In this document: in pieces, positions 36,931-50,300 of the stretch
How the letters are laid out: each line of letters starts with the position of its first letter
How positions within the stretch are numbered: the first letter of the stretch is position 1
Source of the DNA: Ginglymostoma cirratum
Lineage: Eukaryota
Direction of reading: 5' to 3'
Length of the DNA: 64,000 bases
Assembly (NCBI GenBank): GCA_024137785.1
Contig: JAHRHZ010000144.1
Coordinates: 51,482,801-51,546,800 of the forward strand
Notes under the pieces: generated by a model
The model's input: the letters and a program-made list of their open reading frames with translations, nothing else
The model's database searches: none
Told to the model about the DNA's origin: nothing
Program-made: the position numbers and the translations under genes

Positions 36931-37430
36931 ATGTGTATGGAACAGGGCAATTTTGCCTGACATACCCGTGCCTTGTCGATTGGTGCTCAGTTTCCTACTG
37001 TAGTTAAATAATACTAAATATGATGCAATAAAATTATTGGATGTTACAACACATAAAGATCTGTTTCAATTGTGCCCATTCTCTGAACAGTTACTTATTT
37101 AATTCCATTCCCCTGCTTTTTGTGCATTTCTTTTGCATTTTACTTGACAAATCAATCAAAATTGTGAAAAATCATTTTTTAAATTAGTCTCGGCTTTCTT
37201 TGTACCAATGATTAAAAAGCCTCTTGTCCCTGATACCATCTCTTTTGTATCCTCTCCATGCCCTTGACATCCTTCTCAGAGCAGGACACCTAAAACTGGA
37301 CACCATATTCTAATTGCATGGCTGAATACTCAAGTTCATTTGCTTTTGCATGTAGCACTTGCTTGTTTGCTAAGACTTCAATGCTTTTTTTTTTGTAGCT
37401 TCATGAATTTCTCCACCACCTTTTAAAAAC

Positions 37431-38050
37431 GAGGCTGTTGATTTGCTCGCCAAGCTGGCTTGTTCTTGTTCAGAGATAAAAGGTACTGCAGATGCTGGAG
37501 AATCCGAGATAACAAGCTGTGGGGCTAGATGAACACAGCAGGCTAAGCAGCATCATAGGAGCAGGAAAGCTTGACGTTTTGGGCCTAGACCCTTCATCAG
37601 AAATGGGGGAGGGGAAGAGGGTTCTGAAATAAATAGGGAGAGGGGGGAAGGTGGATAGAAGATGAATAGAGGAGAGGATAGGTGGAGATGAGGCAGACAA
37701 GTCAAAGAGGTGGGGATGGAGCCAGTAAAGGTGAGTGTAGGTGGGGTGTAGGGAGGAGATAAGTCAGTCCAGGGAGGACGGACAGAAATTTCATCACCAT
37801 GCTAGGTGACATATTCCGGTCCATATATAAACCCATACAGATCAAAATGGGAAATTACACTACTCACCATAATGGACCAAACAGTATAAATTCCAAGCAG
37901 AGTAGAATAACACCGCTTCATCGGAGGTTCCACTAATGATGTCTTCTCGCATGGTGACCAAATGTCTGAATGAAAACAAGCCAGCTCGGTGAGCAAGTCA
38001 ACAACTTCACTCACAGCCCGAGCCATAAATCTTTGCCAAAATTTTGAACA
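37431..38050 (+). mobile_element. Penelope family B terminal repeat with inverted partial copy, 10-bp TSD
   Basis: TSD ttttaaaaac at 37421 and 38051; body matches 12030-12258. Confidence 0.85.
37471..37785 (-). mobile_element. Penelope family A 3' segment nested in family B
   Basis: Same terminus as 16885, extended by a purine-rich body ggggagggga...ggaggacggacag. Confidence 0.85.
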
Positions 38051-38349
38051 TTTTAAAAACTTTTTGCATTTAAATACCAAATTCTGTGTGCTGGTTCTAT
38101 TCCAGTTGAATTATTTACTTTGTGATCCCTGAGGATTACCTGTAATGGCATTAATTTTTTTTTAATTGATCCTATTTCCAGCAAAAAGCTTAACATCCCC
38201 TTTGGCCCCTGTGTTAGTAAATATTGTAAACCATTCCTTTAAATATTGGCCTACTCTCTCTCAAATGTATCATCATCACTTCATTCCTCAAAAAATCCTT
38301 GAATTCCCACTCCTCATTCCCCTTGCAAACTTTTCTTTAATTTCCAATC

Positions 38350-39985
38350 TTCCTTTCTATGGGGAAATTTGAGGTGAGGCCCGTATTTGCTGGAGATAAG
38401 AAAAGTGATCTTAATTCCGTCATCCTCGCAAACAACCAATCCATTCCTATCTCCTTTTCAACTCCAAAGTTCTTGAATGCGTTGCCAGTTTCAAAATTTG
38501 ATCTCATTCCAGAACTCTATGATTGAAACCCTTTCATTCCTCTAGTAAGATTTGCACCTCTGTCACATTCCTGAAACAAATCATATCAGTGTCACAAATG
38601 AGGGCCTATTGACTGTGAAAAGCATAAATCTTTACACCTCACTCCCTTCAAATTGTCTGCACATTTTTATCAATTGGCCATCCTTTCCAGCACCTGTCCA
38701 TTGTCATTCATTTGGCTGAAACTGCTCTCATATGATTCAGTTTTTATCTGTATGATTTGAGTGGTAACCTGACTCTTCCACAACCCCCTCCCACCCCCCA
38801 AACTTTGGGAGTTGTGGGGAAGTATTGTAAAGATTGACAGACTGGTTTTCAATCTGTTGAACTGTGTCATGCTATGGTTAGCTTGTTTCTGGAATGAGAT
38901 GTTAAATTGGAGCTTTTGGCTCTGAAGCAAAGTGCTACCTACTGAGTCATAAAACTTCAGTGGGTGAGTTTCTGATCTCTTATTTATGCCAACACTTTAG
39001 ACTATTCTTCCACTTCCAATGACTTATTTCCACCTTTGTATCAGTACCTGACTTCACCCTATTTAAGCTCAGCTGCAGCTGAAACCCTTATTTCTACAGT
39101 TTCTTGCGTATGTCTAGACTGGGCCATTCTAATATGTCCCTAGCTGATCTACGTTCTCCCTTGAGGGCACCCAAAATTCTGCTATACATAAATTAACTCT
39201 CAAATTTATTTACTCATTCATGGGATGAAGGTGTCACTGGATGGACCAGAATTGATTGTCCATTCCTAATTGCCCAAAGGCCAGTTAAGAGTCAACCACT
39301 TTGCTGTGGGTCTGGAGTCACACGTAGGCCAGACCAGGTAAGGATGGCAATTTCCTTCCCTAAAGGATATTAGTGAACCAAAAATGTTTTTCCTGTCAAT
39401 CGACAATGGTTTCATAGTTATCTTTAGACTCTTAATTCCAGATTTTTTGTTGAATTCAAATTCCACCATCTGCCACGGGAAGATTTGAACTCAGGTCCCC
39501 AGAACATTACCTTGGTCTCTGGGTTAACAGTCCAGTGATATTACCGTTAGCCCATCACCATCCCGTTTGCCTATCACCTGCTGATCTTAAGATTAAAATT
39601 CCTTATTTACAAACGCCTCCATGTCCTGACCTTTCCTTAATCTCTATCATCTTCTTCATTACCTCAGCTCCTCAAGATGTTTGCACACACCTCGAATTCC
39701 AAACCTTTGTACATACTCAGTTCTAAATTGCACAGCTATTGGGAGCTGTCCCTCCGGTTGTGGAAACCCCCCCCATATACCTCTCCAAACTTTAACACAC
39801 GTTCATCCTTCAGGACTCTCCTTAAAACCTGTCTCTTCGACCAAGTTTTTGATCATCTGTCTAATATATCCATACATGGCTTAGTGTCACACATCTTATT
39901 AATATAATATTAATTATAATCTTATATATATGAAGCATCTTATGGTATAGAATTATGTTGAAGGCACTTTATAAACCTAAATAGT
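38350..39985 (+). mobile_element. Old L2-like LINE fragments
   Basis: ctccaaagttcttgaatgcgttgcc, gctgaaacccttat..tctagact, L2-like 3' end ccttaaaacctgtctcttcgacc..aaggcactttataaa. Confidence 0.55.
39205..39560 (-). mobile_element. tRNA-derived shark SINE sharing both ends with a LINE family
   Basis: Head ggtaaatatcactggactg..gacctgagttcaaatc; middle matches 52082-52170; tail matches 47250-47322. Confidence 0.85.
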
Positions 39986-41257
39986 TGTTCTTCATGTATT
40001 ATCATCTAAGGGACAAGCGACAGCAATCAGTAATTACAGAGATTAATAAAGACATAGACGGAGAAGTACAGTTTGCATAGGCATTTGAAGCTGAGTATAG
40101 ATAAAAACATTTGACAGGTTTTATCAACAGAATTCAAGCATTAAGCTGAAATTTACCTTTCTATTTGAAGTATCATTTGCCTGTTAATTCATGTTATTTG
40201 TATTGGTTCTGTTTCTTGTTAAAGCGAAGGCTACAAAAAGTGTAATTTCAGTGGTGATTTCTTCATTTGGCTGTTGTTTAGTAAATTTTGTTACTTTGAT
40301 TTATAATTTCCCGAGAAGGGTTGTAACTGCATGCTGTGTAAAGCACAAAGTTGTCTAATATGTGCTTCAACATTTTGATTGTCTGAATGGAACTGTTCTT
40401 GGCACACTGAAAACAGTGTGAGCGGATCTGCTCTGGATATTTTTAATATGATTCCGCAGCATTCCAAGCTAGTTGAGACTCCTAATCAAAATGCAAAGGC
40501 ATGGACTGGCTCTTGACATCCAAAGATAAAATAATGATATTGACAGTCTGTCTTTTCTCCTGTCGTCATTTCGAAGGGTTGGGTCATGGCCTTCCATTGA
40601 ATTGGTCTACCCCAACAAACAAATTACTGTTGCAGTTTGCCATTGTTTTCTACAGGATTGCTGACCAAGGATCTCTCCTGCTCTTAGTGCTTGTCATTAA
40701 GTGTTGTTGGAAGGATTTACAGGCTGACAGGCAATCTGCTTGATTATGTTATAATTGCACGTTCCATGGCCACAATTCCTGACGTGGACGTGAGCCCAGA
40801 ATGTCTGGCCTGTAAGTTGGGATATTACCATTGTGCCACAAGACCTCCTACAGTCTAGGCAGTATAATACCAACAATATTGTTATTATTCACACTTCAGG
40901 TACAGAGGAAATGGGTTAACAAATTTCATTTTGTTACATGACTGTATGCTGTTTGATGATATGTGAAATCCTGGTACATTATTATCAGATGTGAGAGGAG
41001 AAAATATTAGTTCTGGTCAGAATTTAAAGTTTTGTCACAAGTTTTTGAAGAACCTTGATATATTAGTGCATACGTTACATGGTGTTGTACTGAGCTGTGC
41101 AGTTCAAAGGGATTTTAGGTTAGATTATCAAACTGTAATGTGATATTGAATTTTAACCAGGACAGCTGTTGTGGTACTATTGTTAGACATCCCAAACACA
41201 GGGAGGTAATGGGGTTTAAACCAGTAATGTTTTCTGCCTGTTATCATTATCCGTTGA

Positions 41258-41965
41258 TAGAGTTATGCAGCATGGAAACAGCCCCTTCTGTCTAATCAGT
41301 CCACACCAACTTTGTTCCCAGGTTAAACTGGTCCCAGCTGCCTGTGCTTGACCCATATCCCTCCAACTTATCCTATTCATGAACTTCTCCAAATGTCCTT
41401 TAAACTTTATAACTAAACCTGCATCCATCACTTTCTCTGGCAGTTCATTCCACACATGAACCACTCTTTGTGTAAAAAAAAGTTGCCCCTCAGATTCTTT
41501 TTTTTAGTCTTTCTCCTGTCACCTTAAAAATATGCCCCTTGGTTTTGAACTCCCCTGCCCAAGGGAAAAAAACCCTTGTCATTTACCTTAACTATGCCCC
41601 TCATGATTTAATAAACCTCAATAAGGGCACCACTCAACCTCCTACACTCCAGTGAAAAGGTCCCAGTCTTTCCATTCTATTTTTATATTTCAAACCCTCC
41701 ATTCCTTGCATCCTGGTAATTTTTTTTCTGAATCCTCTCCTGTTTAATAATGCCCTTCCTATAACTGTACTCAGTACTCCAGAAGAGGCCTCACCAACAT
41801 CCTGTACAACCTCAACATGTCATCCCAACTCCTCTGCTCAAAGGTCTGAACAATAAGTGTAAGCATGCTAAACACCTTCTTAATCACCTTGTCTAACTGT
41901 GATTCAAATTTCATAGCATTATGTACATGCACCCCTAGGTCTCTCTTTTCTACAACACTACCCAG
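41258..41965 (-). mobile_element. CR1 3' fragment
   Basis: RDLGVHVH..LYRMLVRPLLEY; VHVWNELPEKV. Confidence 0.9.
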
Positions 41966-43346
41966 TGATGTTTGCTGTGATGACAAGAATGGGCTTGCCT
42001 CTGATCCCTTGAGCAGCACATAGCCTGCGCATACTGAATGAATTGGTATATGCCAAAAATAACTACTTGGTAATGGAAGATTACTGTGCTGTTAGGACAA
42101 AGTGTCTTTCAGATGTGATGGGAAATTGGGTGAAGGGTTGGAAAGACTATTTCTTGTTGAAAAAAGAATACATACAAACCCTATAATTGCACGAGCAATC
42201 ACAAAATAAATATTTTAAAGTGAAAAGCAGTTATGAACTTTTAAGAGCCTTTTAAATACTTGAAAATCGTAAGTTCTTTAAGGCTTCTAGCCTGCTGTAT
42301 TATAATACCTTTTTGTTTTATTTGCTTTCGATTGCTGTATTTCTGGTGAAATAATTTAATCTAAATTTTAGTTTGAATTGTAAAGGTTTGGAACCCTGCA
42401 GAACCACTGCTTCTGCAGTAATTTAACTAGCATAATGAAATCTCCATTTAATTTATCAATGTCACAACTTAAACAGTCATAATGATCGAACCTTCTAGGT
42501 TTATAAAATATGTACATTAATTTATTCTGTGACTTAATTTTTTTTCATAATCCATTAATAGCTGTGGATGATTTTACTAATCAAATAAATTCAGATTTTC
42601 CATTTTGTACTATTAGTGACATCTAAACAAGCATGTTAAACCAACAGGAATACCTATTTCAATAACAAGCCCTTGCACTTTTCCATGTGGCCAATTTCAT
42701 GTCTATTTCTCGTCTTTCTATCTAGAATAAATTAGTGTTCAGTTAAACTTTCTTAATTTCCTAATATTCTATTTGCAAATATTTTGTAGTGTTTTAAGCT
42801 CCTTTTCTGACTTAGTACGTGTTTGAAAGTGTCTACTATATATACCCCTTTAAGAGTAAAAAGGGGGAAAAATTGCACATATTCATTTCTTTTAATTCAG
42901 TAAAAGGGGTCCTTTATGAGCTCAAAGATATACTGATAAGTCTAAGATATTGGTACTTTTGGCAGTGCACAAGCTAAGTCATTAGATCTCAAGACTGGTA
43001 GATTTGTATTAAATGTTCTTTTTGGCTCATTAGAAATGAAATAACAACCTTAAGTTTGAAGGAAAGATCATTAAGATTAAATGGAATTCTAAGTGTTTCC
43101 ATGTATTTATTACATGGTAACTGAGATAATATTTCATAGATTTCAACATTTTATAATTGAGTATATAAATGGATCCAAGCCATGTGTAGCAAGTATTATG
43201 TTTACAGTCAATCATTTGGACTTGCTTAAGTAAAAAAATTCAAAGTAGTTAGCTCCTGACAAAAAAAACTTAATGTGTATTTATATTAATTTTTTTCAGA
43301 AACTTTCAATTGCATTTATCACAATATTGATGTTTTGAATATGATC

Positions 43347-43622
43347 CTAGAATCCCTATAGTGTGGAAACAGGCCGTTTGGCCCAACAAGTCCACACCAA
43401 ACCTTGGATCAGCCCACCCCGACCCACCCCCCTGGACACTATGGGCAATTTAGCACAGCCAATCCACCTAACCTGCACATCTTTGGACTGTGGGAAGAAA
43501 CCCACACAGACACAGGGAGAATATGTAAACTCTACACAGACAGTTGCCTGAGGCTGGAATTGAACCCAGGTCCCTTGCGCTGTAAGGCAGCAGTGCTAAC
43601 CACTGAGCCACCATGCTGCCCA
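43347..43622 (-). mobile_element. HE1-like V-SINE
   Basis: Reverse complement gggcagcatggtggctcagtggttagcactgc..gggttcaattcc, V-domain and tail. Confidence 0.9.
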
Positions 43623-44149
43623 TATGGCCAGAGCTTTCCTTATGGAAAGAAGGCCGTTTAAAGGTATATATTCCCATTTCCTACTTAAGGCCTGACCAGG
43701 ATGACCCAGTGGTCATTTAGCCCTAGTTCCTGAACTCTTCTCCTAAGTCTCTAAATTGAGGCCCTGTGGAAAGTGATCCATAAATGACCTGTAATTGATC
43801 ATTCTGGTTGTTGTATTTTCTGGGGCTTTTCCTGCTGATGCTGCTTGTCAGCTTAGACTTCTACCAAAGAATCAGATTTTATAATGAGTGAATAGGCCAA
43901 ATGCCATGTTTTCTAATAAAGTCAAGAAATGTAGGCAAGGAGTTGCACCACTGGTGAGAAGTGGACACCAGACATCATTGTAGCACAAACTGGCCTGCTT
44001 TCCGATCGCATATAGATGAGAGACAGTGTTGAGCGGAGAAAACATGCAGATCAACTCTTGGCAGCCAGAATGAATGTACCAAGGCCAATATTAATTGAAG
44101 ATCCACAGATAACTGTGCCAGTTAAAAGATCTGGATATATCTGGGGACA

Positions 44150-44550
44150 GAACAGTAACTGCAGCATCTGAGGGAGATAGTACCCCAACCTGCACCAGCA
44201 TAGTAGCAGCAGTGTGTACATTTACAAAATAGACTGCAGAAATTTGCCAAAGCTCCTAATACAGCACCTTCCAAACTCCCAGTCACTGCTATTACCAAAG
44301 ACAAGGCCAGCAGATACACGGGAGTGCTTGCAAGTTCCCCTCAAGCCATTCAGCATTCTCTCAGAATTATGTAAAAGCTCCTTCAGTGTTGCTGGGTCAA
44401 AATCCTGTAAATCCCTCCCAAATTGCATTGTGTTTCTACTTACACCAAACAATCTGCAATAGTTCAAGAGGCAGGTCAAGGGAAACTAGGAATGGGCAAG
44501 AAATGCTGCCCAGCAGCGATGCCCATATGCATAAATGAATATTTTTAAAA
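44150..44550 (+). mobile_element. LINE 3' end (same family as 46390 and 52060)
   Basis: cagcaccttccaaac..aagggaaactaggaatgggcaagaaatgctg..A tail. Confidence 0.75.
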
Positions 44551-44699
44551 AAATCTTCCTGACGTAAAACTAAAATCAATAAACTTGAATGCTAATTGTT
44601 CCCAGAAATGTTTTCATAAATGTACAATTTTTGATGCTTTTCTGGGAAATAACAAACAAATTAAGAGAAATAAATCATTGGTAAGAACATTCTGAGGTG

Positions 44700-45070
44700 T
44701 GGGGATGGGGCAAAGATGAGCTGCCAGAGGTTGTTGTTGAAATCTGTACCAATTATGCAATTAGAAAGAGCTGAGGTCCTGCAGGCAGATTTCATAGACC
44801 TAGGAACGAAATTGAAATCCAGGATATTAAAGGCAATAATCTTCAGATTACTTTTGGTGTCATGGGCTAGTGAATACAGCAATAGGAAAACAGTGCAGAT
44901 GAATGTGTGCTTGGAGGAATGGTGCAGGAGAGAAGGCTTTAGACTCCTGTGTCATGAGGACTTGGTTCTTAGGGAGTCAGGACTGGTATGATCCAGGCAT
45001 GTTGTACTTCAACAGGTTATGAGCAATATCATCATGAAGAGGGTTGCCAGACCTGTCATCAAGGTTTTAC
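44700..45070 (+). mobile_element. CR1 ORF1 esterase fragment
   Basis: LGTKLKSRILKAIIFRLLLV..MNVCLEEWCRREGFRLL, homologous to 24406-24597. Confidence 0.75.
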
Positions 45071-46389
45071 ACTATCATCAATGAAAGCAAAATATTATAT
45101 ATGCTGGAAATTTGAAATGAGAGCACAAAATGGTTGGAATACTCAGGTCAGACAGCATCTGTGGAGAGAGAAGCAGTTATAATTTCAGATTATCTTTCAT
45201 CAGAACTGCAATACATTGCAGAAACATATTAATGAACTACTCAGGAGGTTAGAAAAGTGGCAAATATTTTTCCAGAGAAGTGGTGCTGTAATGCATTTAG
45301 GGAGCTAAGCCAGGCAAGGCAATATATTCAAAATAATGAGGGATGGTGTTCATTTCCACAAATGCTGGAAGTAGCAGAACAAATATATATGGAGGTTAGT
45401 GGACCTGAAGGCTTGGGTTCAAGTCCCACCTGCTTCAGAGATGTATATAATGTGTCCGAACAGCCTGTTTGAAAATATCTACAAAGATATTAAGAAGGCA
45501 TTAAAAAGACTTTATTAGTCAAGCCTTGCAAAATAAGAACAGGGCCCCTAGTAATCATTGTTTGCCCAGATACATGCTGCCAGTTAAATCTGGAAGCACT
45601 TTACAGGAGGTTGGGCATACTACTCATACAGATGTTCAAATTTGGAGGCTCTCATTCTCTGTATAATTTTAGAGGCTGCTTTAAAATATAATTTTTCAGC
45701 CTGAAGCCCTTCAATGATCCACAAAGATCAGATTTGTTCCTTTCTGTCGTTGGTTTGAAGAAGTCACTTTACTCTGGGATGCTCTTGCCTTATATAAGAG
45801 GATAAGTATCTTGTAGTTTGGCCTTGAAATTCCCAGTCCAACTCATCTGGTTTGTCAAAGGGACCAAATGGTTCAAGTCTGAATGCTAATGGGGGGATGG
45901 ACTGCCTATTTCAGGACACCCTCTCCTTCCAAAAGAGACAACACCAAAGTTTCAAGTTGTTACTGTCTCACCTTTGTTGATACTATCTATTGGAAGTTAA
46001 AGAATGCTTGGAGTCATCCTAGGATTGACGAGGAACAGAAAACTAAGATGAGGGGATGGTGGAGAAGCTGGTAGGAAGCTGGCAGCTTCATTTCCCCGTC
46101 AGTTTTACCACCATCCCACTTGAATTGTCAAGCAATAGCAGAGGAAAATTTAGGACGTAGTATCAGTTGCATAAGTGAGGGTCCATTGTTACTCCAGTAC
46201 TTGTTATATGTGAATTTAAAATGCCCTTAAACTTAAAATGTCCAAGGGTAGGGCTAATGCAGTTGGGGAGATGTACAGACATCATTTGGGTCTGGGCACC
46301 TCAATTGTGGCTATTTAGTTAGTTGTCTCAAGGCTGTGGTCAATCTGTTATGTCCATCTGCAGAAACTGGTGGTAAGGGCTGATGGGGA

Positions 46390-47322
46390 TGGACAAGTTG
46401 CCACAGTTCTTTGGGGTAGTATTCTACACCCAACTATCTTTAGCTGCTTCATCAATGACCTTTTCTCCAGCATAAGTACAGAAGTGGATATGTTCAGCAC
46501 CATTTACAACTCCTCATACTAAAGCAGCTCATATCAAAACGCAGCAAGACTTGGACAATATCCAAGCTTGAGCTGATGAGTGGCAGTGGCATTCGTGCCA
46601 GGCAATGACCATCTCCAATAGGAGACAATTTAATCACTACCCCATGATATTTATTAGTGTTACCATCTCTGAATCCCTCACCACTAACATCCTTGGACTT
46701 ACCATTGACCAGAAACTCACTGGACTTGTCACATTAACACGATGGCTACAAGAATGGGTCAGAGGCTAGGAATACTGTGACGAGTGACTCATCTCCTGAC
46801 TCCCCAAAACCTCTCCACCATCTACAGGGTACAAGTATTGTCGAATACTCCCCACTTGCCTGGATGAATGCAGCTCCAACCACACTCAAGAAACTTTACA
46901 CCATCCAGTACAAAGGAGCCCGCTTGATTGGCAGTATATCCACAGGCATCTACTTTCTCCACCACTGACATTCTGTAGCAGAATCACCATTCTGTAATGA
47001 TCCTTAGACAGCTCCTTGCAAACCCACAATCACTTCCATCTAGAAGGACAAGGACACCAGATATATGGGAACACCACTAGCTGTAAGTTTCTCTCCTAGC
47101 TGCTCACCATCCTGACTTGGAAATATATCACCATTCCTTCACCGGCGCTGGGTAAAAATCCTGGAATTCCCTCCCTAAAGGCATTGTGAGTGAACCTACA
47201 GCATGTGGACTTCAGCAGTTTAAGAAGGCAGCTCACCAATACCTTCTCAAGGGCAACTAGGGATGGGCAATAAATGCTAGGGAGCCAGTCATGGCCACAT
47301 CCCACAAGTGCATATTAAAAAA
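46390..47322 (+). mobile_element. CR1/L2-group LINE RT and 3' end
   Basis: FSCFINDL, QQDLDNIQA*ADEW, EYSPLAWMNAAPTTLKKL; tail gggcaactagggatgggcaataaatgc. Confidence 0.85.
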
Positions 47323-50300
47323 ATGGAGGGGAGTCGGGAACCTAATCTTCGGGTTTGGGGGCTGCAGGCTTGGGGAAAGGGGATGATGATAATTGTGAAG
47401 GGAAATTGCAGTATTGTCAAGGGGGATATGGTAAAGTGTGGATGGAATTGAGTTTATGTGAGAACATGTTTGTCTACAGTCAGGAATACTCTGGCTTAAG
47501 GTGAGCTCAATGCAGGATTACACCTGGCAAGGTCACCTCATATGCCAAAGGCTGGAGGGGAAAGGTGGGCAGGTGCAGGCATATATAAAGTGGTTTGTTG
47601 GAGTCTTGGAGAGGTGTGAAGCCTATGGAAATTATGGGTAGGATTACCAGAAGGGGGATCTGAATGTTCAGGGCCTTGATGTCACCTAGAGGCAGAGACT
47701 GGATTCCACTGGCCAAAGACTGCTCACAGTCACTTTCCATCGTGCTGGAAATTGAAAGTATGCAATGGGAAGAAAATGGCTGCAACCACATTTGGAATTG
47801 GTGAGGTAAGTATCTTGACCTAGGAGGGAGAGGGATGGAGACCCTACCAATGTGAGTCCCTTTAAAGGGAAGCAACATTACACACAGACCCATGCACTAT
47901 ACGGGACGCAGACCCACAGGGTCCCTAATCATGGGCGATCCAAATGCATTGATTCCCTGTTTGCTGTGTACACCCCTGCCCCAGATATCTGTGACCACTT
48001 CATTCATGCCAACATTTTTGGACACATAAACCAGGGAAAGAATAAAGATATTATAGGATGAGGCAGGTATTGGAAGGGCCCATAGCACTCTCCATACCTT
48101 GTTCATCTTGTTCAGAAATGGTGTAGCAGGTTCTCAACACAGACATGATCCATGGTCCATCAAGTGTGGACATCAAGTTGGATATCATGCTGACATGGTT
48201 ACAGTCGTGCAATTGTGAGAATTTATTTAGTGTGCAATGTCACCTGTGCCACCGAAGTGCCCTCAATAGGCTCTCTTCTTCCTTTCTCTCCCACAACATT
48301 GTAATGTAGTCTGTAGTTCTGTAATGTGGAGGACCTGTTCAGCAGTGGAGTCTGTTGGCCCTGGAGGTTTGGTTGGGTGACCCTGGTGGTATTTGTGTCT
48401 GGATGGCCCAGACATGCTAAGGGGTGAAATTCCCTTGGCTGGAACTTCTAAAGGTCAGAAGGGGAGGAAGGGTGAGGAATCGGGGTAGAGGCCCAGCCAC
48501 CTCTGGAGTCTCCTGAGAAGAGACATCTGAGGGGCTGTGAGTAGTTTCACCTTCAGTTGGGTGCCTCCATATCTGTGGAAGTCAGAATTTTCTGAGGATG
48601 TAGGTGCAAGCATACAACTGCACTCTCCTCCAGCTCAGGTTTTCAATCTTTCTAGATTACACTCAGAAGCACAATCTGGTGAGCAAGTCACTGATAAAGA
48701 GTCACCGGACTTAAAATGTTAACTCAGCTTTCTTCCCACAGACCTGCTGAGTTTCTCCAGCAATTTCTGTTCTTGTTTGTGAGTATGGCATTGACATGTC
48801 TTTGCAGCAAGTTGAGGAAGAAGGCCTGGCACTCTGAGGACTGCCAGAAAGAAGCTACCTGCTCACCCAAACACAAAGGACGTGTGGTCACCCTACCGAG
48901 ACAGGCACAGGAAAATCAGGAAACTTTGCCAGAAGCATTTGGTAAGCTGGAACGCAGGAGTGAGGAGTCAACCAACATTATCATTATTTCCCTGCACTGA
49001 CTACACAGCATTTACTGGAGAGTCTAACTTCTGATGGCAATTACTCGGCAGCTGGGATCCTTGGGAGAAGTTTCGAGTTCTGAATTCGAGTGGGAGACTT
49101 CAGAGGTTTCCAATTTATTAAATCGTTGGCTAGTAAAACTTGGAAGATTAAGTGCCTAATTCCTGGCTAACTATAAAACGGACTCCCCGTTCATTAATGC
49201 TAACAACCCCTCTGCCATCTGACAGACACCTGACATCCACCTTCTAGAGAACTGATACCCTTCACCCTTACTCTCACACAACCACCATAGTGATTAAACA
49301 CATTGCATCCACAGTTGGGAATTCTGCTCAAGACCTAACCACACTTGTCAGCTCTGTGTAGCTTATTGTGCTCGAAGTGACTTCTCCAATTTTTACTGGT
49401 TCACAAGCAGTGCTGTAAAGACACTTAATTTGGGTTCAGGCCTTTTAGTTTTCATTCGCCTACCAGATTTCCTGATCCCAGGAATTGAAGATAAGATGGC
49501 TATTAAAGCTGAGGCATTTCATTTGAATTGCATCTTAGATTTCCAGAGCTTTCTAATATGTTTAAAAAGGATTCCAGACAAAGAGATACTGCCAGCTGTC
49601 CTTCGGCTTGGTAACTTAAGTCCCAGTTACCCAGGCTCATTAGTGGAGGTTGGGAGGGAAAGCATCACAGATGCATCTCACTACTGTTGGAAATATTCTC
49701 ATGGAGATCTCTCCTTTTTGATTCTGTGTAATTCAGTGGGAAAGATCAAAGGCGTAATGCTTTTTTGATTGCAGACCTGCCATATCTCCTAGGGTTTGTG
49801 AAGTCAGTATATCTAATTGCAGTTGTAAATGTCAGCATCTTATCAAATGCTATCACTATAGAAAATCTAAATTTTAAGGAAAGGAATTGAAATGCATCGC
49901 ATCTGGACTGCGTAAAGTTAAATTACAGTTGAATTATTGTGACCAGATTGAAATGTTTTCTATGAATGGATTTCTTTTTGTGTTTATTTAAGTTCAGGCA
50001 GGGGATGTTTTCTGATAGAACAGATCCTGCTGTTACAACATATAAAGCATGATTTGCAGCAGATGCACTTGCAGCAACCATTCCAGACTAGCACTGTAAG
50101 ATCATTGGCTGATAAAGACTGCAGATTATATGAAATTAATCTATTTGATGGACGTTTCAGATGAGGATGATCAAAATAAAATTAGAATTTTCGCTGTTGA
50201 CCTCTATAATGACTGTTTCAGCCAAACTAGCTCGATATACTGCTTCATTCAGTGAAGAGATTATTTATCCTGAATTCAGCAGGGAATGCAAGAGTGCTAA

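Noticed and set aside
50019-50095. Possible cassette exon (QILLLQHIKHDLQQ..)
   Set aside because: 77 nt, has a stop in the phase required by exon 1, and a weak acceptor.
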